64,000 nucleotides of DNA from Clostridia bacterium (GTDB taxonomy: Bacteria; Bacillota; Clostridia; Christensenellales; CAG-138), in assembly GCA_017616435.1 (NCBI GenBank), contig JAFZYC010000045.1:59541-123540 (forward strand), in the 5' to 3' direction. Each line of letters begins with the position of its first letter. The first letter of the stretch is position 1. The notes below the pieces were generated by a model, which saw only the letters and a program-made list of their open reading frames with translations, was not told the origin of the DNA and did not search any database. Position numbers and translations under genes: made by a program. This document shows positions 37,726-46,370 of this stretch, in pieces.

Positions 37726-39159
37726 ATGAAAAAAGCTCTTCTGATCGTTCTTTCCTTCCTCCTTGTCCTCTGCTTCCTCCCTGCCTGCACGGGTACGGGG
37801 CCAAGCGGCGAGGAAGCTTCGCCCGCGCCGACGGAGGCGCCGTCCTCCGATCCGGGGCATGCCGGACCGACCGATCCGCCTTCCGTCCCGGCCGATACCT
37901 CCTTTGATCCTGAGACGGACGCCATCAATCTCTATTCCGCCGAAAACGGATGTCTCATAGAGACCGAAGACGGATTTTACTGGTCGTGCTTCGGCAGCGA
38001 CTACCTGCTCTACTACGATTACGGGCTCGAAGAGATGATACCCGTCTGCGGCCGCCCGGATTGCGAGCATTTCGCCGACAACAATGTCTTCCATCAGAAC
38101 AAGAGCTGCGACGCATATCTCAGGGCGTGGCGTCATCCCGCTCTATATAACGGCAAGATCTATTACGTCGACGATAACGGGGCGCCGAACCCGAACCTCG
38201 ACGGCGCTGCGGGCAGCTTCAGGCTGATGCGGATGGAGCCGGACGGCACAGGCAAGGAGTTCGTGAAAAACCTATTCACCCCGGGTTACGAGAACCCGCA
38301 GTGGCTGATAATCCATCGCGGCTGGATATACGGCATGTCGCCGGAAACCATAGTCGATCACGGCGAGGTGACCGGAAGGACCTCTATAATAGCAATGCCG
38401 ATCGACGGCGACGAGACGACGTTCAGAATAATCTATTCGATCGACAACAACGGCTGGGGCTGCATGCGCTTCATCGGCGATTACTGCTATTTCTGGATCC
38501 GTTACCAGGAAGGCTACGAATACATCAACTGGGATACGGGAGATTATGTCGACGAGACGCGTTCGGGCGGCGTTGCAGGCCGCTGGAACAGCAAGGCGGA
38601 TAAGCTCGAGATACTGTATCAGGATCTGCTTCCCGAAGGCGAGGACTTCTATCAGTACGCCTGGGTGGAAGAGGACGGCACGATATATGTAAACGGCTCG
38701 AGCGGGCTTTTGAAGATCGAAAACGGGGAGCTCTCCGTTGTAATGGCGTTCGAGGATCCGGATCTTGAGTACGACCTCACGAACCTTTCGGACGGCATAG
38801 CGATAGCGCACACGAGCCCGCGCTGGGACTCCGACGATCCGTACCAGGAGCTGGATTACTGGATCTGCCGCTTCGACGGCACGACGGTATTCAAGGGCAA
38901 GCTCCCGATGGACTGGTTCCGCGAATATGCGGAGTCCACCTCCCTTCCCGGGCGGGTCACGATCCCCGGGATAGGCATGATCGCCGGAGACGAGACAGGT
39001 CTTTGGTTCATGTTTTCTTCCGTATGGTACACATCGGGCAACAACGATCCGGGCGCTACTTTCCTCGTGCGGTATGATTTCACGGAGGACGGCGGCGTGC
39101 AGGCAAAGCTGTACGGATCGTTCATCGATTGGCTTAAGCCCGAGCTTCAATTGCATTAG
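37726..39159 (+). CDS. Lipoprotein with a PT-rich linker and a DUF5050-like beta-propeller body
   Basis: 477 aa. Signal/lipobox LCFLPAC|TGTG and linker EEASPAPTEAPSSDPGHAGPTDPPS. Other motifs: CGRPDCEH..C and IYYVDDNG. Confidence 0.7.
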   Translation: MKKALLIVLSFLLVLCFLPACTGTGPSGEEASPAPTEAPSSDPGHAGPTDPPSVPADTSFDPETDAINLYSAENGCLIETEDGFYWSCFGSDYLLYYDYGLEEMIPVCGRPDCEHFADNNVFHQNKSCDAYLRAWRHPALYNGKIYYVDDNGAPNPNLDGAAGSFRLMRMEPDGTGKEFVKNLFTPGYENPQWLIIHRGWIYGMSPETIVDHGEVTGRTSIIAMPIDGDETTFRIIYSIDNNGWGCMRFIGDYCYFWIRYQEGYEYINWDTGDYVDETRSGGVAGRWNSKADKLEILYQDLLPEGEDFYQYAWVEEDGTIYVNGSSGLLKIENGELSVVMAFEDPDLEYDLTNLSDGIAIAHTSPRWDSDDPYQELDYWICRFDGTTVFKGKLPMDWFREYAESTSLPGRVTIPGIGMIAGDETGLWFMFSSVWYTSGNNDPGATFLVRYDFTEDGGVQAKLYGSFIDWLKPELQLH

Positions 39160-39172
39160 AGTTCAGCAGAAT

Positions 39173-39211
39173 AAAACGGGCGCGGATGCGATCGCATCCG
39201 CGCCCGTTTTT
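39173..39211. terminator. Bidirectional terminator between convergent genes
   Basis: Near-perfect palindrome aaaacgggcgcggatgcgatcgcatccgcgcccgttttt. Confidence 0.85.
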
Positions 39212-39230
39212 ATCTTGAAGAATTAACGGA

Positions 39231-39740
39231 TCACAGGGGCAGCTTGGACTTTATGAACTCTATGACGGCCTTGATCTTCTCGCCGATCTCGCCCTCGAGA
39301 CCGAACTTGGCCTTTAGGGCTTCGACTATCTTGTTGAAGATCTCGTTGATGCCCGCGCCCTCCGCAGCTGCGGTGGAGCGAACGCCGCCGATGACCTCGT
39401 TGACCTGATCGCCGAGCTCGCCGTCGATGGGCAGCTTGCCGATTATGGAATCGAAGAAGCCGGAAACCATCTCGCTGAGGTTGCCGAGATCGGGGAGCTT
39501 ATCCTTGACCTCTTCGACCACGTTTTCCACCTTGTCCTTGACGTCCTCGACGATGTCTTCGGCCTTGTCCTTGACCTCCTCGACGATATCCTCGGCCTTT
39601 TCCTCTACGGCCTCGACGTTTTCCTCAACAGCCTCCGCGGCGTTTTCTGCGGTCTCCTCGACCTTATCCTCTGCGGCGGCTTCCTCACCCGCGATCTTCT
39701 TGAAAAGACCGTTGAAAAAATCCTTAAGATTGTCCAGCAT
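39231..39740 (-). CDS. Acidic protein with 11-residue amphipathic repeats, unknown function
   Basis: The track start is 39833. The ATG at 39740 has a GGAAGGAG RBS 8 nt upstream. The 169-aa product contains KAEDIVEEVKD / KAEDIVEDVKD / KVENVVEEVKD. Confidence 0.7.
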   Translation of the reverse strand: MLDNLKDFFNGLFKKIAGEEAAAEDKVEETAENAAEAVEENVEAVEEKAEDIVEEVKDKAEDIVEDVKDKVENVVEEVKDKLPDLGNLSEMVSGFFDSIIGKLPIDGELGDQVNEVIGGVRSTAAAEGAGINEIFNKIVEALKAKFGLEGEIGEKIKAVIEFIKSKLPL

Positions 39741-39960
39741 GATGAAAACTCCTTCCATAATTGCATGATCCGGGCGCATGCGTACGCCCGTTTCATATAT
39801 TGTATCATTCCCGATCTCCGTTTGCAATAACAAATAAGCTTATTTTGTGTCATTTTTGGCACATCCGGAGCTGTTTTCCGCCTCCCCGCCCGCCGGCGTT
39901 GACACCGCGCGCCGGATGGATTACAATAACAGCACATAAGGCGAAGGAGGCTCAGCGAAA

Positions 39961-40722
39961 ATGCGGCGCGCGCATAGTCTAAAAAGGATCGTTTCGGCGC
40001 TCACGGCTCTCGTGCTGCTCCTCGTTCTGCCCTCCGCGGGCATGGGCGGGAGCGGAGGCGTCGGCATGGACGTTTCGGGCTTTTCCTCCGTCACGTTCGA
40101 AGGCGAGCCCGTCGACGGCAGCATATTCCCCGGATACACGCTCACTGTCATCAATATCTGGCAGCGCTGGTGCGGCCCGTGCTGGGTCGAGATGCCCGTG
40201 TTCCTTGAGCTTTACGAGCACTATTCGGCGACGCCCGAGGCGGACGTTTCGCTATGGGGCGCGCTCTATTACGGCGACCATCCCGAAAACATCCAGGAGG
40301 CCGTGGATTTCGTTGCCGCAAACGGCTATTGCTGGAACCACATGATAATATGCGACGAGTTCCTTGAGGTCGCCACTGCCGGCGTCGAAGGCGGGAACCT
40401 CCTCATCCCGCAGACATTCATCGTGGATAGGTACGGTATCGTCAGAGCGCAGTTCTACGGCAAGTTCGAAACTCTGGACGAGCTCCTTCCCGTAACCGAG
40501 GAATGGCTCGCGATCCTGAACGTCGAATACGAGGCCTCGCGCGGGGATACGGACGGCGACGGCGCTATCGATTCCGCCGACGCGTTGCTTGCGCTGCGCC
40601 ATGCGATGGGCGTGACCCAGCTCGGCACGAACGAGCTCCTCCGCGCCGATATGGACGGGGACGGCTCCGTGAGCTCCGCCGACGCGCTTCTGATACTCCG
40701 CGCCGTGCTCGGAGCGGAATGA
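39961..40722 (+). CDS. Secreted TlpA/ResA-like thioredoxin-fold oxidoreductase fused to a type I dockerin
   Basis: 253 aa with a signal peptide. Redox motif WCGPC. The C-terminal duplicated Ca-binding segments are DTDGDGAIDSADALLALR and DMDGDGSVSSADALLILR. Confidence 0.8.
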   Translation: MRRAHSLKRIVSALTALVLLLVLPSAGMGGSGGVGMDVSGFSSVTFEGEPVDGSIFPGYTLTVINIWQRWCGPCWVEMPVFLELYEHYSATPEADVSLWGALYYGDHPENIQEAVDFVAANGYCWNHMIICDEFLEVATAGVEGGNLLIPQTFIVDRYGIVRAQFYGKFETLDELLPVTEEWLAILNVEYEASRGDTDGDGAIDSADALLALRHAMGVTQLGTNELLRADMDGDGSVSSADALLILRAVLGAE

Positions 40723-40740
40723 ATAAGAACCGAAACACAG

Positions 40741-40773
40741 CCGCAGCACGTGCCGCTGCGGTTTTTCTTTTTT
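40741..40773 (+). terminator. Rho-independent terminator
   Basis: Arms ccgcagc (40741-40747) and gctgcgg (40755-40761), followed by tttttctttttt. Confidence 0.75.
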
Positions 40774-40778
40774 CACGA

Positions 40779-40806
40779 TTGCCAAGCGCGGTTTTTCTGC
40801 TATAAT
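40779..40806 (+). promoter_or_regulatory. Candidate pepF promoter
   Basis: TTGCCA (40779-40784), 16 nt spacer, TATAAT (40801-40806). Confidence 0.55.
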
Positions 40807-40882
40807 GTTTATTGTAGAAATTTGCCGCATCCGCGGAAAGAAAGGAAGCCCCGGCCGAAAAAGCGGGGGCAATGGTGAAAAC

Positions 40883-42649
40883 ATGAACAAAGAATGGTCT
40901 CTTGACGTGCTCTACAAGGGCTACGACGATCCCGCTTTCGCGAAGGATCTTGCCGCCGTCGACGACGTCGTCCGCGATATCAACGACGCCGCAGCGCATC
41001 TTTCCGAGAAGACCCCGCGCGATGCGATTCACGGCATGCTCTGCCTGTATGAAAGGTGCTCCGAGCTCTTCTTCCGCCTCTACTCCTTCTGCGGGCTCTC
41101 TCAGGCCTGCAACACGAAGGACGAGAAGGCCGCGGCGTACCTTGGCCAGCTGATGGCCAAGTCGAGCGCCAACACCAAGGCGCGCACGACTTTCGATAAG
41201 TACGTCGCCGCGGTGGAGGATCTCGAAGCCGTCATCGAGAGCGATCCCATGCTCCGCGATTACGGCTACATGCTCCGCAACATAAAGGCGGATTCGAAGT
41301 ATCTGCTCTCCGAAGAGGCCGAGGAGATAATGGCGCTTTACGACATCTCGGGCGGCAGCGCGTGGAGCGATCTGCAGAGCTCACTGACCTCCTCCGTCAC
41401 GGCGGATTTCAGGGGCGAAAAGCTCGGCCTTTCCGCGATCCGCAACAAGGCGTACGATCCCGATCCCGCGGTGAGGAAGGAAGCTTACGAGGCGGAGCTC
41501 GCCTGCTACGACAAGATAAAGGATCCCGTGGCCGCCGCGCTCAACAACATAAAGCTGCAGGTCATCAATGAGTGCAAGCTTCGCGGCTTTGAGGGCCCGC
41601 TCGCCCAGACGGTCTATTACGCCCGCATGAAGCGCGAGACGCTGGACGCGCTCTTTGCCGCCATGGACGAGTACATGCCCCTGTTCCGCGATTATCTCCG
41701 CGCCAAGGGCGAGGCTCTGGGCCACAAGAACGGCCTGCCCTGGTACGATCTGTTCGCGCCGATGGGCTCCTCCGACAAGACCTACACCACCGAGGACGCG
41801 AGGGATTATCTGCTTAACATATTCGCGGGCTTCGACAAGGATCTGCACGACATGGTCGAGCGCGCCTTCAACGAGAGCTGGATCGATTTCTACCCCCGCG
41901 AGGGCAAGGTAGGCGGCGCGTTCTGCTCCGGGCTCAAGCCCCTCCATCAGAGTCGCGTGCTCACGAACTTCGACGGCTCCTTCAGCGACGTCGTAACGCT
42001 CGCGCACGAGCTGGGCCACGCGTTCCATAACCTCAACATCGAGGATCACCGTCCCCTGAACGACGACTACTCCATGCCCGTCGCGGAGACAGCCTCCACG
42101 TTCAACGAGCACGTCGTAATGGACGCCGCGATCGCCGCAGCGACCGATCCCAAGGAGAAGCTCGCCTTGATCGAGAGCCAGCTCATGGACACCACGCAGA
42201 TAATCGTCGACATCTACTCCCGTTTCCTCATCGAGAGCGGCGTCTTCGAGAACCGCGAGGAGAGCTTCATGTTCCCCGACACGCTCTGTGAGATGATGAA
42301 GGAAGCGCAGATAAAGGCCTACGGCGACGGCCTCGATCCCGAGTATCTGCATCCCTATATGTGGGTCTGCAAGGGGCATTACTATTCCAGCGGCCTCTCC
42401 TTCTATAACTGGCCCTACGCCTTCGGCGGACTGTTCGCGCGCGGCCTTTACGCCAAGTACCTTGCGGAAGGTCCCTCTTTCGTCAAGAAGTACCGCGAGC
42501 TGCTCCACGCGACGCCCGTGATGAGCGTCGAGGATACCGCCATGATCGCGGGCATCGACCTGACCGACAAGGATTTCTGGCGCATGAGCCTTGAATCCTA
42601 CCGCGGCAAGGTGGAGGAGTTCAAGAGGCTGGTCAAGGAAGTCTATTGA
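40883..42649 (+). CDS. pepF: Oligoendopeptidase F family (M3B zinc metallopeptidase)
   Basis: The track start is 40805. ATG 40883 gives MNKEWSLDVLYKG. HExxH motif: AHELGHAFH. About 588 aa. Confidence 0.85.
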   Translation: MNKEWSLDVLYKGYDDPAFAKDLAAVDDVVRDINDAAAHLSEKTPRDAIHGMLCLYERCSELFFRLYSFCGLSQACNTKDEKAAAYLGQLMAKSSANTKARTTFDKYVAAVEDLEAVIESDPMLRDYGYMLRNIKADSKYLLSEEAEEIMALYDISGGSAWSDLQSSLTSSVTADFRGEKLGLSAIRNKAYDPDPAVRKEAYEAELACYDKIKDPVAAALNNIKLQVINECKLRGFEGPLAQTVYYARMKRETLDALFAAMDEYMPLFRDYLRAKGEALGHKNGLPWYDLFAPMGSSDKTYTTEDARDYLLNIFAGFDKDLHDMVERAFNESWIDFYPREGKVGGAFCSGLKPLHQSRVLTNFDGSFSDVVTLAHELGHAFHNLNIEDHRPLNDDYSMPVAETASTFNEHVVMDAAIAAATDPKEKLALIESQLMDTTQIIVDIYSRFLIESGVFENREESFMFPDTLCEMMKEAQIKAYGDGLDPEYLHPYMWVCKGHYYSSGLSFYNWPYAFGGLFARGLYAKYLAEGPSFVKKYRELLHATPVMSVEDTAMIAGIDLTDKDFWRMSLESYRGKVEEFKRLVKEVY

Positions 42650-42664
42650 AAAAGCCCTTCGTTC

Positions 42665-42690
42665 GGGCGGCCGGAAGGCCGCCCGTTTTT
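42665..42690 (+). terminator. Rho-independent terminator
   Basis: gggcggcc ggaa ggccgccc, followed by gttttt. Confidence 0.85.
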
Positions 42691-42706
42691 AATTCTTTTT
42701 GAGCTG

Positions 42707-42748
42707 TTGCAATCGGGCTTTCCGTATGTTAGAATAAATTGTTATAAT
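42707..42748 (+). promoter_or_regulatory. Candidate lysK promoter(s)
   Basis: First option: TTGCAA (42707-42712), 17 nt spacer, TAGAAT (42730-42735). Second option: an extended -10, TGTTATAAT (42740-42748). Confidence 0.5.
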
Positions 42749-42779
42749 ATCGCCCCAAAATAAGGCAGGAGGTACATTT

Positions 42780-44810
42780 ATGCACTGGTCCTATGAGATA
42801 GCGAAGCAGATAATCGAGCGCCGCCCCGATAAGGAGGAGTACGTCTGCGCCGCGGGCATAAGCCCCTCGGGGAGCGTTCACATCGGCAATTTCCGCGACG
42901 TCGCGACGAGCTGGTTCGTCGTGAAGGCGCTCCGCAAGATGGGCAAAAAGGCCAAAATGCTCTTCTCCTGGGATGAGTACGACCGCATGCGCAAGGTCCC
43001 GGCGAACGTCGCGGCTATCGCGGACGGCTACGAAAAGTACATCGGCTGCCCCTATACCGCGGTGCCCGACCCCTTCGGCGACGGCCACGCGACTTACGCG
43101 GAGCATTTCGAAAAGGAGTTCGAGCCCGCGATGCTAGGCTTCGGCGTGCACATGGACTACCGCCACCAGTCCTACATGTACGAGAGCGGAAAATACACCG
43201 AGCAGATAATCCACGCGCTTAAGTGCCGCCGCGAGATATTCGACATATTGGACAGCTTCCGCACGCAGGACGCCAAGGAGGGCGAGCGCGAGGCGTACTG
43301 CCCCGTCGCCATCTACTGCCCCGTCTGCGGCCGCGACACCACGCATATCTCGGAGATCTCCGAGGACTGCACGCACGCGCACTATACCTGCGACTGCGGG
43401 CATGAGGGCGATTTCGACTTTGTGAACATGCATAACTGCAAGCTCGCGTGGAAGGTCGACTGGGCCATGCGCTGGGCGTACGAGGGCGTCGATTTCGAGC
43501 CCGGCGGCAAGGATCACGCCGCGCCGACCGGCAGCTATCAGACGAGCCGCGTCATCTCGCGCGAGATATTCGGCTACGAGGCGCCGCTCTTCGTGGGCTA
43601 CGAGTTCATCGGCATAAAGGGCACGACGGGCAAGATGAGCTCGTCTTCCGGCCTCAACCTCACCCCCGAATCGCTTTTGAAAATCTACGACCCGGAGATA
43701 ATACTCTGGCTCTACGCCAAGACCGAACCCGCGAAGGCCTTCGATTTCTGCTTTGACGACGGCATACTCCGCCAGTATTTCGAGTTCGACCGCCAGTATA
43801 AGGATTACGTCGACGGCAAGTCCGACGAATTCATGCAGGTAGTATTCGAGGACTGCCTCATCGACGGCCGCCGGCCCGAGACGGTGCCCATGAGCCTTCT
43901 CGTGCAGTTCGGCTCTATAGTCGATTTCAATATCCCCATGCTGGAGAAGGTGTTCGAGAAGGTCGGCACCCCCTATAAGGCGGCCGATTTCGCGGAGCGT
44001 CTGCCCAAGGCCAAGTACTGGCTCGAGAACTGCTCGCCGGAGAGCGTCTACCGCCTCCGCGCGACCCGCAATTTCGAGGTGTACGATTCCCTCTCCGAGC
44101 CCGAAAAGGCCGAGATCTCGAGGCTTTACGAGGTGCTTAAAGAGGGCGGCTACGATCTGGACGGTCTGCAGACGCTCCTCTACGCCATCCCCAAGGAGCA
44201 GCTGCCCGAAAGCGCGGGCGATAAGGAATTGAAGGCCGCTCAGGGCGCGTTCTTCAAGAACGTCTACCGCCTGCTCATCGACAAGGAGCGCGGGCCGAGG
44301 CTCTATCTCTTCCTCTACGCGATCGACAAGGATTCCTACATGAAGCTGCTCGATTTCTCCCACGGGAAGACCGAGGATGAGGAGCGCATCGAGCGCGAGG
44401 CGGCCGAGGCGGAGGCCAGGAAGAACGCCGCTCCCGAGAAGAAGGTCGAATACGGCGAGCCCGATCCCGTCGAACCCGTCAAGCCGCAGATCACCATCGA
44501 CGATTTTATGAAGATGGATCTTCGAGTCGCAAAGGTCTTGAAGTGCCAGGAGATCAGGAAGTCCCACTCCTGCTATAAGATCACGCTTGACGACGGCGAG
44601 GGCGAGCGCGTCATAGTCTCCTCCATAAAGGCTTACTATACGCCCGAGGAGCTCGTCGGAAAGAAGCTCATTGTCGTCGCGAATCTCGCTCCCGCAAGGA
44701 TCGCGGGCGTCGAATCGAACGGCATGCTGCTTGCCGGCACCAACAACGCCTGCGGCTGCAAGGTCGTTTTCGTGGATGACGCGGTCCCCTGCGGCACAAT
44801 GATAAAGTAA
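42780..44810 (+). CDS. lysK: Class I lysine--tRNA ligase with a C-terminal Trbp111/CsaA-type tRNA-binding domain
   Basis: 676 aa. The N-terminus MHWSYEIAKQIIERRPDKEEYVCAAGISPSGSVHIGNFRD closely parallels archaeal class I LysRS (HIGN = HIGH). KMSSS corresponds to KMSKS. The C-terminal roughly 110 aa read ITIDDFMKMDLRVAKV...GVESNGMLLA. Confidence 0.88.
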   Translation: MHWSYEIAKQIIERRPDKEEYVCAAGISPSGSVHIGNFRDVATSWFVVKALRKMGKKAKMLFSWDEYDRMRKVPANVAAIADGYEKYIGCPYTAVPDPFGDGHATYAEHFEKEFEPAMLGFGVHMDYRHQSYMYESGKYTEQIIHALKCRREIFDILDSFRTQDAKEGEREAYCPVAIYCPVCGRDTTHISEISEDCTHAHYTCDCGHEGDFDFVNMHNCKLAWKVDWAMRWAYEGVDFEPGGKDHAAPTGSYQTSRVISREIFGYEAPLFVGYEFIGIKGTTGKMSSSSGLNLTPESLLKIYDPEIILWLYAKTEPAKAFDFCFDDGILRQYFEFDRQYKDYVDGKSDEFMQVVFEDCLIDGRRPETVPMSLLVQFGSIVDFNIPMLEKVFEKVGTPYKAADFAERLPKAKYWLENCSPESVYRLRATRNFEVYDSLSEPEKAEISRLYEVLKEGGYDLDGLQTLLYAIPKEQLPESAGDKELKAAQGAFFKNVYRLLIDKERGPRLYLFLYAIDKDSYMKLLDFSHGKTEDEERIEREAAEAEARKNAAPEKKVEYGEPDPVEPVKPQITIDDFMKMDLRVAKVLKCQEIRKSHSCYKITLDDGEGERVIVSSIKAYYTPEELVGKKLIVVANLAPARIAGVESNGMLLAGTNNACGCKVVFVDDAVPCGTMIK

Positions 44811-44817
44811 AGCAGTC

Positions 44818-44843
44818 AAGCCCGGAGCTCTCCGGGCTTTTTC
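44818..44843 (+). terminator. Rho-independent terminator after lysK
   Basis: aagcccgga gctc tccgggctt, followed by ttt. Confidence 0.8.
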
Positions 44844-44859
44844 ATTCCCAAAAAACCCG

Positions 44860-44888
44860 TTGCACAGTCTTTTTCGCTGTGATATAAT
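44860..44888 (+). promoter_or_regulatory. Candidate promoter of the PRTase-like/xpt pair
   Basis: TTGCAC (44860-44865), 17 nt spacer, TATAAT (44883-44888). Confidence 0.6.
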
Positions 44889-44916
44889 AATTGAATCAAT
44901 ATAAGGAGGCGGCGCC

Positions 44917-45558
44917 ATGAACCCTATTTCCTGGGACGTTAGCTGCAGGAGCAACAAGAACATAAAGCTCAACATCACCATCGGTCATTTTGCCACGAGC
45001 CATTCCCATATAGATCACTATATGGGCTTTACCGATATGCGCACGAACTGCCACGCTGCGATGCTCTGCGCGCAGGAGCTTGCCAAGTTCTACATCCACT
45101 CCAAGCCCGTCGATACGATAATCTGTCTTGAGTACACTCAGGTCATCGGTTCCTACGTTGCGACGATACTCACCGAGCCCGGTTCCCGCGGGGTCAACGA
45201 GAGGCATCAGATAAGCGTCATCACGCCCGAATCGAACTCCTCCGGTCAGCTCGTGTTCTCCGGCGACGTGCAGTACCTCGTGCAGAACAAGTCCGTGCTC
45301 GTGCTGATCTCGACCGTCTCCACCGGCCGCAGCCTTGAGCGCGCGCTCGAGTGCATAGCCTATTACGGCGGCCATCTTGTCGGCGTCGCGGCGCTCTTCT
45401 CCGCCGTCGATTCCGCCGCGGGCGTGCCCATAAACGCGCTCTTCTCCCCGGAGGACATCCCCGATTATCACAGCTATCAGTCCTCCGAGTGCCCCTACTG
45501 CAAGAAGGGCAGGAAGCTCGACGGCCTCGTCAACGCCGCGGGCTACACGAGGATCTGA
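44917..45558 (+). CDS. Phosphoribosyltransferase-fold protein (orotate-PRTase-like), function unclear
   Basis: 213 aa. PRPP-loop-like VLVLISTVSTGRS and a C-terminal CPYC motif. Confidence 0.55.
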   Translation: MNPISWDVSCRSNKNIKLNITIGHFATSHSHIDHYMGFTDMRTNCHAAMLCAQELAKFYIHSKPVDTIICLEYTQVIGSYVATILTEPGSRGVNERHQISVITPESNSSGQLVFSGDVQYLVQNKSVLVLISTVSTGRSLERALECIAYYGGHLVGVAALFSAVDSAAGVPINALFSPEDIPDYHSYQSSECPYCKKGRKLDGLVNAAGYTRI

Positions 45559-45631
45559 CATCGAACAAAGGGAGATCTGTGCCCGCGGGCACGGGTCTTT
45601 CACGTATTTACGACCGATTGGGGGTAATCAA

Positions 45632-46204
45632 ATGAACGAACTGCAGCAGCGCATCGTCTGCGAGGGGCGCGTGCTCCCGGGCGACATCATCAAGGTCGAC
45701 GGCTTCATGAACCACCGTGTGGATACCGCTCTCATGCGCTCCATCGCGCGCGACATCCACGAGCATTTCGCGGGGCGCGAGATCACAAAGGTCATGACCG
45801 TTGAAGCGAGCGGCATCCCCCTTGCTACCATCACCGCGGATGAGCTGGGCGTTCCCCTGCTCTTTGCGAAGAAGGCCAAATCCGACAACATCGAGGGCGG
45901 CCTCGTAAAGTCCGAGATATTCTCATATACGTATAAGAAGAAGGTAACTCTCATCGTCTCCGCCGAGTGGATCAGCCCGGAGGACAAGATACTCATCGTC
46001 GACGACTTCATGGCCAACGGTGAGGCGATCCGCGGCCTTGTCGAGATAATCGATCAGGTCGGAGCGGAGCTCGTCGGGGTCGGCATCGCGATCGAGAAGG
46101 GCTTCCAGGGCGGCGGCGACAGATTAAGGGCCCGCGGCGTGGACGTATACTCCCTCGCGATTATCGAGCATGCGGAGCCGGGCAATATCGTGTTCCGGGA
46201 ATAA
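45632..46204 (+). CDS. xpt: Xanthine phosphoribosyltransferase
   Basis: 190 aa. LPGDIIKVDGFMNHRVD, TVEASGIPLA, and PRPP loop ILIVDDFMANGEA. Confidence 0.88.
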   Translation: MNELQQRIVCEGRVLPGDIIKVDGFMNHRVDTALMRSIARDIHEHFAGREITKVMTVEASGIPLATITADELGVPLLFAKKAKSDNIEGGLVKSEIFSYTYKKKVTLIVSAEWISPEDKILIVDDFMANGEAIRGLVEIIDQVGAELVGVGIAIEKGFQGGGDRLRARGVDVYSLAIIEHAEPGNIVFRE

Positions 46205-46370
46205 CGCATACACAAGGCAAGCGGCAGCTTAGGGGCTGCCGCTTGAATCATATCCGGGCATAGAATAAAAGTGCAACGCATGGTTGCGGCTCTGCAAAGC
46301 AGATTTGCTTGTGCAACCGCGCCTCTCAGGGTTATCATTGAGCCATAGGATCGAAGGGAGATCGACTCAA

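Noticed and set aside
43134-44981. 615-aa minus-strand ORF
   Set aside because: It is antisense to the clearly recognisable class I LysRS gene, and its translation is low-complexity (R/L/A/G-rich).
45559-45631. Purine riboswitch expected upstream of xpt
   Set aside because: The gap is only 73 nt. I could not find the conserved purine-aptamer junction sequences or the three-helix arrangement. xpt is probably co-transcribed with the upstream PRTase-like gene.
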